The notes beneath the pieces are model-generated. The model made no database searches. It was not told the origin of the DNA and saw only the letters and a list, made by a program, of their open reading frames with translations. Shown piece by piece: positions 13,601-25,145 of a stretch of 64,000 nucleotides of DNA (position 1 is its first letter; each line of letters begins with the position of its first letter). A program made the translations under genes and the position numbers. Source of the stretch: Macrostomum lignano (lineage: Eukaryota); the NCBI GenBank assembly GCA_002269645.1, contig NIVC01002851.1, forward strand, positions 1 to 64,000, read 5' to 3'.

Positions 13601-14194
13601 AAACTTGCAGTGAATTCGACGTCATCTGCTATCAAGCGCACTCAACTTAGTGAAAATAATGAGGAAACTTCAGTCGAATATTTTAAGGTTCACGATAGAG
13701 TTATGCGCTACATCAAGAGTGAGCACGGAATTTCAGTTCAAATACAGAGTATTGAGCGCATCGAAAATCCCGTGTTGGACAGAAGAATGTTTAATGCTTA
13801 TGAGGATTTATTCAAGAAGGATTGCAGTCCCGAGCTATTCTTCCATGGAACAAAAACTGATGCAGCCGAAGCAATTATTCGCGATGGATTCCGTGTTGGC
13901 CAATCGGGCATGTATGGCGCTGGAATTTACTTTGCTACTGATACTACAAAAAGTGCCCAATACTGCAGAGAGTCTGGCATTAAGTCGCTGTTACTCTGCG
14001 AAGTTCTATTAGGTAAATCGATGGTGTGCAATTCGCCAAACAACGGATTGAGCCTAGCGAGCGTTAAAGCGGCCGGCTACGATTCCGTGTTTGCCAAGAG
14101 AGGCACTAAGAATACACGCGGCGTAATGAACGACGAGTATATTGTTTACAGGGCAGAACAGGCTGCTCCGAGATATCTTATTCGGTTTACGTAA
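7655..14194 (+). CDS. ZNFX1: ZNFX1-like SF1 (UPF1-family) RNA helicase with NF-X1 zinc-finger array and C-terminal PARP/ADP-ribosyltransferase catalytic domain; about 1859 aa
   Basis: Exons 7655-7739, 7850-8092, 8848-9108 and 9204-14194; all introns GT-AG, phase 1, and the join is in frame (5580 nt). ZNFX1 hallmarks: YLDINLRRLRAHF, RLLFGTLLCLSFD, YQAYKAVFNCLQ. Walker A GPSGSGKT (about 10853), Walker B DEAS, IGDLHQ, QNRMHP, TVVDYQGREND, TRAR. Many C-x3-L-x-CGH-x-C-x3-C repeats (about 12600-13570). PARP motifs FHGT (H at 13844), GMYGAGIYFA, KSAQYC, LLLCEVLLGK, DEYIVY (E at 14135). Confidence 0.9.
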
Positions 14195-15282
14195 TGTGCT
14201 ATTCATTAATTTTTAATTTAAATCCAATCGGCCGTAATTTATATGAATCAACTGCAATCAAATAACTGTTTGGACTCAATACCCACTCTGCTTGGTTTCG
14301 TTTTTACTCCTTAATTTGGCTATTGGTTTGGTTGGCAATTTTCTCCTAATCGAAAATTATTCAGATTTTATCAAGTATATGTTGATTATGCATTTAGATT
14401 AGCTTGTATCTTGTAGTTGCTTTATATATTATACTTTAGGCTGGACCGCCACCAAATACGATATAAAAACTACCAGATCGATGAATTTAAATTTACGGAT
14501 ATAACAACTACTGCTACTGTATAGCTACCGGTAAATTTTTTATACTTTACATGCACTTACAGAAAATCTAGTACGATGATAAAAAACAAAAAAACATTTA
14601 CAACTGTCTTAGTTTATTCTTTCTTGTTGAAGTCACGATACGTGTAAAATTTGAAATGTGTAAAAATGTAACTAGCAAGTTATTAAACAAAATGTAGCCA
14701 TTTTAGAGTGATGAACAAGTATTAGCTATTACCAAAAAGTTGACATTCGATCAGGAGAAAAGTCCAGCCCAAAACTCTTTACTATCCTGATTAAATTTGC
14801 CATTAAGTTGCGTTTTGAACTCTCGTTTATTAACTTTATGACTTTTGACCAGTTCTGAATTGTGTTTTGGTTTACAATTAAAAAACAGGTATATTTCCTC
14901 TTTATGCTTTTGTTCTTTACGCGTGCGCTAATAAATTTTTCCTCTTCGTTGATCTTGCATGGTTGGTTAATGCTACGAGCGTACTTATAATCTTAATAAT
15001 TCTTCCATTCATATTTTGCCGTGTTCCCAATTTTGATTTATTTCGTGCGTTGATTTACAATTTATAAACTATACGTACATATATGTTCGCTGTATTCAAC
15101 ACATACATGTAAGTTTAATACGTACCAATGACAGCAGTTTACGAGACTAGTAACGGCGGTTTTTCGGGCCCATAATTCATCGAGTTTTTTGTTTTATGTA
15201 CATGTACTCAACAGCTACCAATTTTCTTCAATAAAATTAGTGCAATAAAATGACTTAGCTCGTACTATATTATAAGAGCTTA

Positions 15283-16920
15283 TGATGAGTTCGGCCTTTT
15301 TAAGCCTGTAGCTTCGGGCCTCAGAACTCAGAAATGAATCTCTTAGAACTCTGGCCTCTCACTCCTGCCAGATGGTCAGCCCCGAGGTAGCTAGATTGTG
15401 GGCGAGCAGCAAGGTCCTATAGCTAAGAGAAGACAGCGAGAGACAAGCAGAGAGAATTTGAAAGGTAGAGATTAGCTAATCCACAAATTAAATAACCCGC
15501 TGCCACCAGTCCGTGCGCACCGGCTTACCAAACCGGAGCTATCGAAATCGGACTTCCGACTAGAGGGGCACTGCACTTACCTGCCATCTAGCGTCTTTTA
15601 GCTGTCTATCTCGAAGTCATAGCCGAATAGAAGGGACACTGCTGGGACTAAAATCGCATTGGCCATGCAGGGACAGAGAGGACTTCTGCGGGCGGTTCTT
15701 GCGCTGGCGAGCCTTTATACACTGCCAAATGTACTACCTCTAACCTCATTACCAAATTCCCAGAAGTGCATGCATGTACAAGTACACGTAACTGCACGCT
15801 TTTGGCACTAAATGTGTTAACACGTCGACAGATAGCGATGATGTAGGTGTATTGTCACCTGGAGACCTTTAGACTAGCATTTAACTCATTTTAGCCGCTT
15901 AGCGGCCTGAGACTGCACGAAAGTACCAGTCTGGCACTTAGTTTGCATGTTTATCATGATTGCTTAGATCGACTGATTCACTGGGAACTGTGCCGCTTCC
16001 GGTCCACTGTGACCTAACTCTGCCCCTAGATCTAGTCGCTCATCTCAGTTGGCATTGAGACAGAGAAAGAAAACGTTAAATCTTTAACTTACAGGTTAAA
16101 ATTTCTTACTTACTTCACAATCCTTAACGCCTTAGATTTAGTCGGAGCGGATAGCTATACGTTTAATATTAAACGGAACTTCTGCCTGGAGTTTGGCACA
16201 CGAAAACAAGCAAGCAAAAGTGCAAATCCTATCAGACTTACCTAGGAAGGGGTCAAACGAGGGGCGCACCCAGTTAAGCAGGTCAAGAAAGCCTCTCTCA
16301 CCCAACCAATCAGAGGACCTAGCCACCGGTAGCCAAGGATTTCACAGAGACCGAAATGCTCGGACGGGATGCTGATTCTGATCTTAGCTGACGAGCGCCG
16401 CAGTAGTTCTTCGCTTGCCGGTTGCTGTCGTTGTCCTTAGACTACGACCGGGAAGTCACGGGCGATGCTGTTCAGGGGACTTAACCGTTGAAGCCGAAGC
16501 TGATGGGAGACGGAACGTCAGGAAGTTGACCAGGCAGGGGGCGAAGGCCGCGGGGAAGGGGGATCACGAGTGACCACGGCCGAAGGAAAGGTTTCTGGAG
16601 CGCGGGCCGACGTGACGCCTTTTATAGATCTCACGCGGCCGATTTGTTAGAGCGAGCGCCGAATTTTCCTATTGGCTAAGGGCCTTTGTTAAAATCAAAG
16701 GCCCTTATGATTCTTCTAATCCGTATACATACGCAGTTATCATCGCACAGGACAACGAACACCCGAAGTAGCTATTCTAAAGTCTAAAACTCGATTTCAC
16801 TGTACGTACAAGGAATTGTCTATTGAATCTACTCTACTAGCCTAAATATAGATCTAGATAAATATATAAATATAAATATCAATAATATAGAGACATATGA
16901 TTCTTTCTCTGGGTGACATC
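15283..16920 (-). mobile_element. LTR-like segment related to the 1158-3372 LTR, reverse orientation, right end uncertain
   Basis: On the minus strand: CCAAT (16671-16675), then GTGAGATCTATAAAAGG (16/17 match to GTGAGGTCTATAAAAGG of LTR1), then a donor AG|GTAAGT at 16241. The left terminus reads ...CATCA on the minus strand like LTR1. No TSD found. Confidence 0.55.
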
Positions 16921-17454
16921 GACTGGCTCGCTCTCATAACCTCATATCCGAATGTGCTGAAACAGCTTGAATTCAGGGGATGCATTTCGTAGACTTTTCC
17001 TATCTAAATACAGTAAAAATTGGCGGCAACTTCGACCTTGAATTGTTCCGAAACAAATCAATACAGAGAGTTATGATTCTTAAGCGAGCGAAAAAATAAT
17101 TAGCTTGTTTGATTGTGTTAGATTTCCATCGGTCGATCTAATAGATTGCTGGCTTCATCCTTTGGCCCCACTACATGTAACTGTACGAGTGAGTACTATG
17201 GTAGTAGATGTACGCTCGTATTCAGATACAACATGTATGTGCTTCAAGTTCACTGTGTTGACCAAACTAAGTCAAATCCGTAACTTTTCGGCTAGATCGA
17301 ATAAAGGCAAAAGGAGATTAACTGGAATTGTACGGCATGGAAGCTTGATCGAGTCACGTGCCTATATGGCTTGTCTATCACTAGACGACCCGAAATATCA
17401 AAAAGTGATGGGGGAATTCCGGCCCTGACGATATGCGCCAAAACGAAATAATGC

Positions 17455-17565
17455 GGGCACACGAAATTCAAGAACACCTGGGTTAACTTTTGTTGCGCAC
17501 CTGTCCCCAGCCCTCTGGATCGTCTAGATTTTCAACGATTCAACGACGGTCCGGAGGGCTGAGGG
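17455..17565. repeat. Dispersed repeat fragment (homolog on the opposite strand at about 24150-24270)
   Basis: ggcacacgaaattcaagaac...ttttgttgcgcacct and cagccctcyggaycgtc.agat.ttc.acgattc are shared with the reverse complement of 24150-24270. Confidence 0.65.
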
Positions 17566-17975
17566 ACGTGATTACTAATTGATTGAGAGAGTGCGCAGTA
17601 AAATTTAGCTTTGATTGATTAAAAACCACCGATCCCTGATCGTAAAATTCGGCAAGAAACGTCGAGCCCTGGCAACTCCAGTTCAAAAAGTCTGGAAAAA
17701 CTATTTAATTGTCGGCTACTTTTATAATTAGCTCGTTAGTTAGTTCGCAACTTGCACCCCCGTTTTTACACACCTGCATTTCTATTTTATGATTTTTTTA
17801 AATCACCACCCCTCCTCAATACATATCGAGTTAGAGCAGACCAGGTTTGACGATCTAATGCAGTAAATTAGGCAAAATTGTCCGTTACTTTTGGTCATTA
17901 GTTACTTACACTACTCAGCCATATGCTATGAGAGTAAAGTGCTGTTTTGCGGAAACTGAGTTTCAGAAAGATTCA

Positions 17976-18345
17976 GGGGTCCGTAGCCCAGTGTTCTAGC
18001 GCGGCGCTCTGATGTGCCAGCGGCCCAGGCTCGATTCCAAGTGCAGTCACATTCATTTGGGGGCTAATCTGAGATCTCTGATCGTTCAATTAGGTGCCTT
18101 GAGGGCCAAGCCCTAAGGTACAGTGGAGTGTACATGCCTAAATAAGTAAGTAAGATAAACAAGTTAGGGCCGCTGTACACTCCTGTGTGTGTGCCTGTGC
18201 GTATGACTGCGTACGTAACCGTGAGCTTGTGTGCCTGCTCAGGGGAGCCGATGGAATGGGCATTAATGCCTCTCGCCGGTGTTGCGATAATGTCGCTTAA
18301 AGTGCCCCAGGATGCACAGAGCCCGCTGCATCTATTAAAAAAGAG
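17976..18345 (+). mobile_element. tRNA-derived SINE, family A (second copy at 48451-48804, minus)
   Basis: A-box-like TAGCCCAGTG, B-box-like GGCTCGATTCC and an A-rich 3' end. The body (gtgtacatgcctaa...ttagggccgctgtacactcc...gcctctcgccgg...gtcgcttaaagtgc) matches the reverse complement of 48451-48804. Confidence 0.75.
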
Positions 18346-19392
18346 AGGTTCAGATAATGCATGATTTAACACTGATGGTGTATGGCTAATTTAAGTACAA
18401 TAACCCAAAGGACTACTCAAGTAACACATATACAGGACGCTACACTCGAAATTGATGGTAAAATTTGAAGGCATCTTTTCGCCGAAAAATACACTACAGA
18501 GATAAGAGGTTTTAACTTTTCCAGCACAAAAATTGTTATTGCTTTTGATAGGAGGCAGATCCAGTGTTCATCTTTTGATATGTTGTGTGTGCCTTTCTTA
18601 TTTCTCTATCGATATTCATAAAACTTTTCGTTCAGAAATAGTTTTTAAGGCAGGCTTCACCGGAAAAATACACTACAGTGATAGGAAATTTCACGATTTT
18701 CAACACTAAAACAGTGATTGGGTCTTTTACAGTGTCAGAGAAAGTTCTAATTACACTATTTTGTGCCTCACATGATGCTCTAACGACGCATTAATAGATT
18801 TTTCATGTTAAATTGGTCTTGTCATTTTTAAACGTTTTTTCAAGTGATACACACTTGAAACGGGGACGAGAGGCCGTCTGGTACGGCCTCTTTCCCAGCC
18901 AACGATGCTCACACCTGCCTCCTCTGGCGGGCCGATAGCTCAAGAAACTTTGTCTCCTGCCTTTCACCTTGCAAGGGGCTCTTCGAAGGATACTCGTCCC
19001 GTGGGTGTTTAAGGCAGGCCTCCTTGGGCTTTGCCGAGCTGATTCTTTGGCACCGAGGTCCTCCTGGTGTGACCATAAACTCACCCTCCAAGGTCCTAGT
19101 GTAACTTCGTGCTGATGGGGGCGCTTGGCCAGGAAGTACGAGCTACATATAGTCTGGTCGCTAGCTAACGGTTCCCCTGGGATTTCGGTCCCCCCCGCAG
19201 TGGTATTTTGTTTTTTTTTTGGAGACCTGCATGTCGTGTAGCTACTAGTATGTGCATGCACTCAGTGTGAGTATTGATTCGTATTTGTACTTTCTTATTA
19301 TTTCTTTCTCTCTTATTACCTACGCAAGCTTGGCAAGTTAGGTTTGAGTTATTGTCAATTGAGTTATGGGCAATTTGTGTACGCTTAAATTA

Positions 19393-22170
19393 TGTCATCG
19401 CTCTCGCGCACGTAGCATGCATCGCTTTACAATATAAATACAGACATCAGAGCTTCGATAGCTCTCACGTGTTCTTCTACTATTTTAAACAAGCAGCATA
19501 GCTGATTTACCACAATGGCGACGAGTTCAAACGGACGGATTCCGGAGCTCACACAAGACTCCGACTTCGAGATTTACGCGGAGAGAATGGAGCAGTATTT
19601 CATTTGCAACAAAGTCGAGTCCACCGAGGCCAAGCGCGCTACATTTCTCACTGCCATTGGAGAGAAACACTACAAACTGCTTCGGGACCTGTGCCATCCG
19701 GACAAGCTGACCACTAAGACATTCGAGCAACTCAGAGACGTCCTTAAGAACCACTGCTCACCTGCTCCTTCCGAGATTGCTGCCAGATTCAAGTTTCAGC
19801 GCAGGATGCAGCAAGAAGGTGAATCGTTCGCAGTCTTGCTGGCAGGTCTCAAGTCTGCTGCGTTGCACTGCAATTTCGGCTGAACACTGAATGTGCGACT
19901 TCGTGATCGGCTGGTATTCGGCATGAGTAGCGATGCGATTCGCTCCAAGTTGTTAGAGAGTGCGAACAACTCCTACAAGGCGCTGACCACCCTGGCTATT
20001 TCCTTGGAGACTTCGCAGAGATCTTCAAGCGAAATGTCGCTACTGTCGTCTACACACCGAGTCACGGCTCAACCAGCTGCGACCGCACGCCCCAGCAGCA
20101 GGCAAGCCAACTCGATCAGACCATCTGCCGGCGCGGCATCGCCCGAGACTAACCGTTGCGACAGCTGCGGAGGCTCTCATTCGCGACAGTCCTGCAGGCA
20201 TCGCAGCGCCAAGTGCCACGGCTGCGGCAGGCTCGGTCATCTCAAGAAGGTCTGCCGTTCATCCAATGCCTCCATCAAGATGGTAGACGAGTCTGACTCC
20301 GCCACAGAGGACGAACAGGAAGAGGAGCCCATCTTCCACGTATCGAACGCCTCCCGGTTGGCCATCATGGTGCCTCTACAGGTGGAAAAGACGCTGACGC
20401 AGTTTGAGCTGGACACCGGATTAGCTGTCAGCTTGGCACCAAAGTCCTACTACGACCAGCCTCTCAGCCACCTACCGCTGCGCCCATCGAGGACCACACT
20501 GCGTACCTACACTGACCAGGAGTTTGCCCGCTCGGCGAGGTGACCGTCAGTATCAACTATGAGGGACAGTCCTATGCGCTGCCATTGCTCATCGTATCCT
20601 AAGGCGGCGCTCGGCTCCTTGGCCGCAACTGGCTGAAGACCATCCGACTGGATTGGCCCCGCTTGACTGCTCCAGTCAACGCCGTAGCGGAGAACCCCAA
20701 CGACATCGCTGCAGAAATGATTCAGCAGTTTCCAGACGTCTTCGCGGACAAACTGGAAAAGTAGCGCCTGGAGGAGGTGAAGTTGCACGTCCAGGACAGC
20801 GCCACGCCCCGTTTCTACAAGGCCCGGTCAGTACCTTACGCCCTGCGTGACAGCGTAGACAATGAGCTGCATCGAATGGAGGCAGAGGGCGTCATCACTT
20901 CAAGCACCACCTCCGACTGGGCGGCGCCGATTGTTCCGGTCGTTAAGGATGGCTCGGTGCGCATATGCGGAGACTACAAATGCACCTTCAACCGCGTGGC
21001 CAAGCAGGAGCACTATCCATTGCCAATGATCGAGGACCTGTTAGCGCGGCTGGGCGGCGGATCATCGGCGGCTCCCCGGACTGCTGGGCCCGGACAAGGA
21101 AATCCCGACGCGCGCTGCTGCCAGAATGCAGAGGTGGGCCATCCAACTATCGGGCAACCAGTACTCGATGGAGTTCCGGCCCACAGAGAAGCACAGAAAC
21201 TGCGATTCCCTCTCTCGCCTGCCGCTCAAGGGCAACTTCATCGAGGAAGTCGCGGTGCACTCACTCGAATCGTCCTCCAGAGCGAGCGCTTGCCGCTCAA
21301 GGGCAACTTCATCGAGGAAGCCGCGGTGCACTCGCTCGCTCTGGAGGACGATTCGAGCGTCGCAGTTACTGCTGCTGCCATTGCCAAGGCAGCTCAAGCC
21401 GACACGACACTATCGAAGCTGCTGTGGGCCCTGCGGTCGGGACAGGAGCTTCCAGCTAACGATTTCCTGGACTTCGCCCATCGTCGAACAGAGCTTTCAG
21501 TCGAAGCCGGTTGTGTGCTGATGGGATCTCGCGTCGTTATCCCGGACACCCTGCGCCAGTCGGTGCTGCGGGAGCTGCATCTGGCGCATCCCGGTGCGAG
21601 CCGAATGAAGGCCCTCGCATGGAGTTTCGTCTGTCTGGTGGCCCGGGCTAGACAAGGAACTGGAGCAGCTCGAGAGAGAGTGCGATACCTGCAGAGCTCA
21701 TCAGGCAGACCCAGCAAAGGCTCCAGTGCATCCCTGGCTGTTCCCCAACGAACCATGGAGCAGCCTACATGTCGAGTTCGCCGGCCCCGTCAACGGTCGA
21801 ATGTACATCGTTATTGTCGACACCTACAGCAAATGGCCCGAAGTTCGCCTCGTCAGCGACACGTCTGCTGGCGGGACCATCGGACATCTCCGTGACGTAT
21901 TCTGCCACTTGGGCCTGCCAAGGATTCTCGTATCCGACAACGGCCCCCAGTTTGCCTCTCGTGAGTTCGCTGATTTTATGCGTAGCAACGGGATCCGGCA
22001 CGTGACATCAGCGCCCTACCACCCGGCCACCAACGGGCAGGCCGAGAGATCGTGCAGACGCTAAAATTCCACATCAGGAAGGCGGGTCACTCTGCGGAAG
22101 CCATGCAGCACTTCCTGTTTGCCTACCGGATTCAAGCACCGGTGCCTCACCAAGCGAACTGCTATTCGGT
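19393..22170 (+). mobile_element. Decayed Ty3/Gypsy (Mag-like) LTR retrotransposon: gag, protease, truncated RT/RNase H, integrase
   Basis: Short putative LTR TGTCATC...ACCACA followed by PBS-like TGGCGACGAG (19516). Gag ERMEQYF...RLRDRLVFG, zinc knuckle CHGCGRLGHLKKVC, protease ELDTG, RT start WAAPIVPV-KDGSVRICGDYK...YPLP, RNase H end QRWAIQL...NCDSLSRLP, integrase LHLAHPG, VDTYSKWPEV, SDNGPQF, YHPATNGQAER. Stops, frameshifts and a large internal deletion are present. Confidence 0.9.
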
Positions 22171-22220
22171 GCTGTGGGCAATTAAGCCCGAGTAGAGTAA
22201 ATTTATTTTGAGCATTTGTA

Positions 22221-23240
22221 TGTCATAGAGTATTCGCGAGGTTCAGGGTCTCGCATCTCAATTCTTTGCCTGGCGGCACAGCTGCAAAATAAAAAGAGGT
22301 AACACAACGGACCAAGACCGGAGCTAGTTGCTCACGGCCCATAATATCTAACACAACCATAAGGACATTGTTTTTGTTCGTTTATTGTGTTCCATCAAGA
22401 AACAATTCCATCAAGAAGTATCCAGCTACCGGTGCCGGTGGTAGCAAAGTCGTGCAAGAAAAGCTGCCTCTAGTCGCGACAAAGAGGGCTGATGCAAGCA
22501 ATGAAGCTGCCAGACCTAATAGCGGAGTTGCAACGAGCATGGCTGACATCGAGAAAGTGGAGAACGGGAAGAACTTCCGACGCTGGTTTGATCGATTTGC
22601 TGTTGCCGCACGCTTCTACAGGTGGTCGGCCGATGAGAAAGCGGAAGTCCTGTTAATGAGACTGTCGCCGACACTGTATGACACTCTGTCTGACCAAATG
22701 GCGCCGGACCTGGAGCTACGTCCTTGCCGAGTGCTACAGTTTTCAAAACACAAAGCGCGAACCCACAGAATCTGTACGGAGTTTCACAGAACGACTGCTA
22801 AAAGCTTCTGACAAATGTGAGTTAAACAATTGGGATGAAAGACTCAGAGATCAGTTTATTTGTGGGTTGAATGAGAAGAACATTCTGGCAAAATTGCTAG
22901 TGATGGATCATAAAAAGCTGTTGTTCAAAGACGCAGTAGCCGATGCCGAAGCCTATTCGTCATTGAAAGCGACTCAAATCATGCAGTCAGCTCCGACAGC
23001 AATAGGCGGAATCTGTGATGAAAGTCTTTGACAAAAGGACTTCTGAACAGCGGCGGCAGAGGGGTCAGAGGAAGAAGAGGCACCCACCTGCTAATCATGC
23101 TGACTCACAGAGCAGCACAGGACGATGTTCTCGTTGTGGGGGTCCGCCAGCACGACAAGACAGCTTGCCCAGCGAATGGGAAAACATGCAGAAAATGCGG
23201 ATAGGCTAATCATTTTGAAAAGCTGTGTCGAACGAAAGGA
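22221..23240 (+). mobile_element. Second Gypsy-type fragment (putative LTR + frameshifted gag)
   Basis: TGTCATAG start with AATAAA. Gag-like WFDRF...RE PTESVRSFTERLLKASDKCE...ERLRDQFICGL, then degenerate zinc knuckles (CSRCGG, CRKCG..NHF). Confidence 0.7.
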
Positions 23241-23329
23241 TCCAGTCAGCATCACTACGTGTCCCAAGAAAGTGATCTACAGGATGTGCTCCACGCTACT
23301 TCCCCGGTAGGAAAGAGCGTTGCGACTTC

Positions 23330-24105
23330 CGTGAAGCTGAACTGTTTGGTGAAGGGACAAGAAAGACCAGTAAATTGCCTGAAGGGTGATGACTGAAGGC
23401 TCGAGAGACTAGCTGAGAATGTCCGGCAGTTGAGGTTTGCCCATTATTAAAGCTTGATAAGAAAAATCTGACAGGTTCCAACAGGATGTCCATAGTCACC
23501 AGGTGTAATCTGTTGAAGGTGCCGACGGCGTCGGGGTGATGACTGAAGGCTCGAGAGACTAGCTGAGAATGTCCGGCAGTTGAGGTTTGCCCAATATTGA
23601 AGCTTGATAAGAAATACCTGACATATTTGCAACAGGATGCCCATAGTCACCTGGTGTAATCTGTTGAAGGTGCCGACGGCGTCGGCGTGATGAATGAAGG
23701 CTCGAGAGACTAGCTGAGAATGTCCGGCAGTTGAGTTTTGCCCGGGAGGCAAAAATTGCTTGATCAGCGAAACTAGAAAAATTCTTATCAGGCTGTCCAT
23801 AGTCACCTGGTGTAATCTGTTGAAGGAGCCGACGGCGTCGGGATGATGACGGAATGCTTTAGAGACTAGCTGAGAATGTCTGGCGGTCGATTCTTGCCCA
23901 CTGTCGAGGCTTGATCGGCGAAACTAGAGAAATCCGCATCAGGGTGTCCATAGTCACCTGGTGCCACAGCTGTTGAGGGTTCAGAAGCTCCACCTGGGTG
24001 AAGGCTAGTGACTAACGAAGTCAGAACTGATGCAGACACATGTGGTCGACGTGCTGATGAAATTTGGAGACTTGGCAAGGCTGCACTGAGGCGCAGTGCT
24101 AATTG
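23330..24105 (-). repeat. About 150-bp degenerate tandem repeat (about 4 copies), possibly the decayed coding tail of a Gypsy integrase
   Basis: The unit gaaggctcgagagactagctgagaatgtccggcagttgag...catagtcacc.ggtgtaatctgttgaagg.gccgacggcgtcgg recurs at about 23395, 23545, 23697 and 23855. The minus strand upstream reads FHQHVDHM, resembling the RHVDQL-type motif of Gypsy integrase C-termini. Confidence 0.55.
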
Positions 24106-24422
24106 GCGCACAGGGGTGTACTGAATACACTAGCGCTTATGGGAAAAATCCGACCTTCTGGCAGAATCGTCGAATATCTCGACGGTCCGGAGGGCTGGCG
24201 ACTTGATTCTTGTTTGAGAAGCTAGGTGCGCAACAAAAAGTTGCCCACGTTCTTGAATTTCGTGTGCCTGCGTTGCTCCGTTCTGGCCCAGCAAAAAAAT
24301 TGTCAGGGGGGGAATCCCCCCGTCTTTGGTGTGGTTCTACTGTTAGAAAGGTTTCGTAGAAGTTAAGTTAGAGTAACGAATATTTAGTAGAATATACGTA
24401 AACTAAATACGTACTTGAAATT

Positions 24423-24692
24423 TATACTCAGCAACAGTGAAAAGTTGCCACTCTATGCGCCAGTGAGCAATTTATCTTAGAAGTAAAAGGTTGTGCGAGA
24501 AAACTCAGGGGTAGCTTTAATCCGTCCAACCCTTGCACACCGCTCCCCCGACTTTCATTCTTCAACTCAAGTCTGCCGCGGTGTACCTGAGTTGCATCAC
24601 TCGCAAAGAATGAGAGACTTTACCTGCACTCTCAAAAGTGGGGACCACAGACGGAATCTTTTGTGATGGCGACTTCGATTTTGCTGAGTATA
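24423..24692. mobile_element. MITE family B (TIR TATACTCAGCAA), second copy at 44231-44510
   Basis: Inverted ends tatactcagcaa / ttgctgagtata. The internal sequence (ccactctatgcgccagtgagcaattt...aatccgtccaaccct.gcacaccgc...ctcaagtctgccgcgg) is shared with 44231-44510. Confidence 0.8.
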
Positions 24693-25145
24693 CGTATCTT
24701 TATTTACGAACAATTAACGTTTAATTTACGTTTTTAAAACAACCATTGTTGGCAAGTTGTTGCACTGTTTGATGCATGCAGGGATTCCCCGAGCGATATA
24801 TTCAAGATCGATATTCGGAAATATAACAAAAATCTCTGCTTTTTGCCTACCAATAGAATGTGACTTTGTTTCTTTTGAATTTCAACTCTGTGCATGTGCG
24901 TCATTTGGGGACAATTTTGGCCATAGACAGTCTGAATTGAAATTCATCTGTTTCAATAGAAAAAAACTTTGTTTGAATTGATTTTTTGCAAGGGCTGTCA
25001 TTTCCTAAAGTGTTTGAATTGAAGTTCTGCTTGTTTCTTTTGAACATGACTTTGTTCAAAGTAGGAGGTAAAATGGTATATTTCTATTATGTTTAGCAAC
25101 AAAAATAACTTTGGACCTAATCAAATTTCTTATTTTCTACTACCA

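Noticed and set aside
15280-15340. TGATGAG...GAAA resembling a hammerhead ribozyme core
   Set aside because: It lacks the required CUGA start and the stem II is not closed directly onto GAAA. It is better explained as an LTR terminus.
17105-17428. 107-aa ORF, and a weak SWIM-like C..W.L...C pattern in another frame
   Set aside because: The match is too weak and interrupted by stops to support a transposase call.
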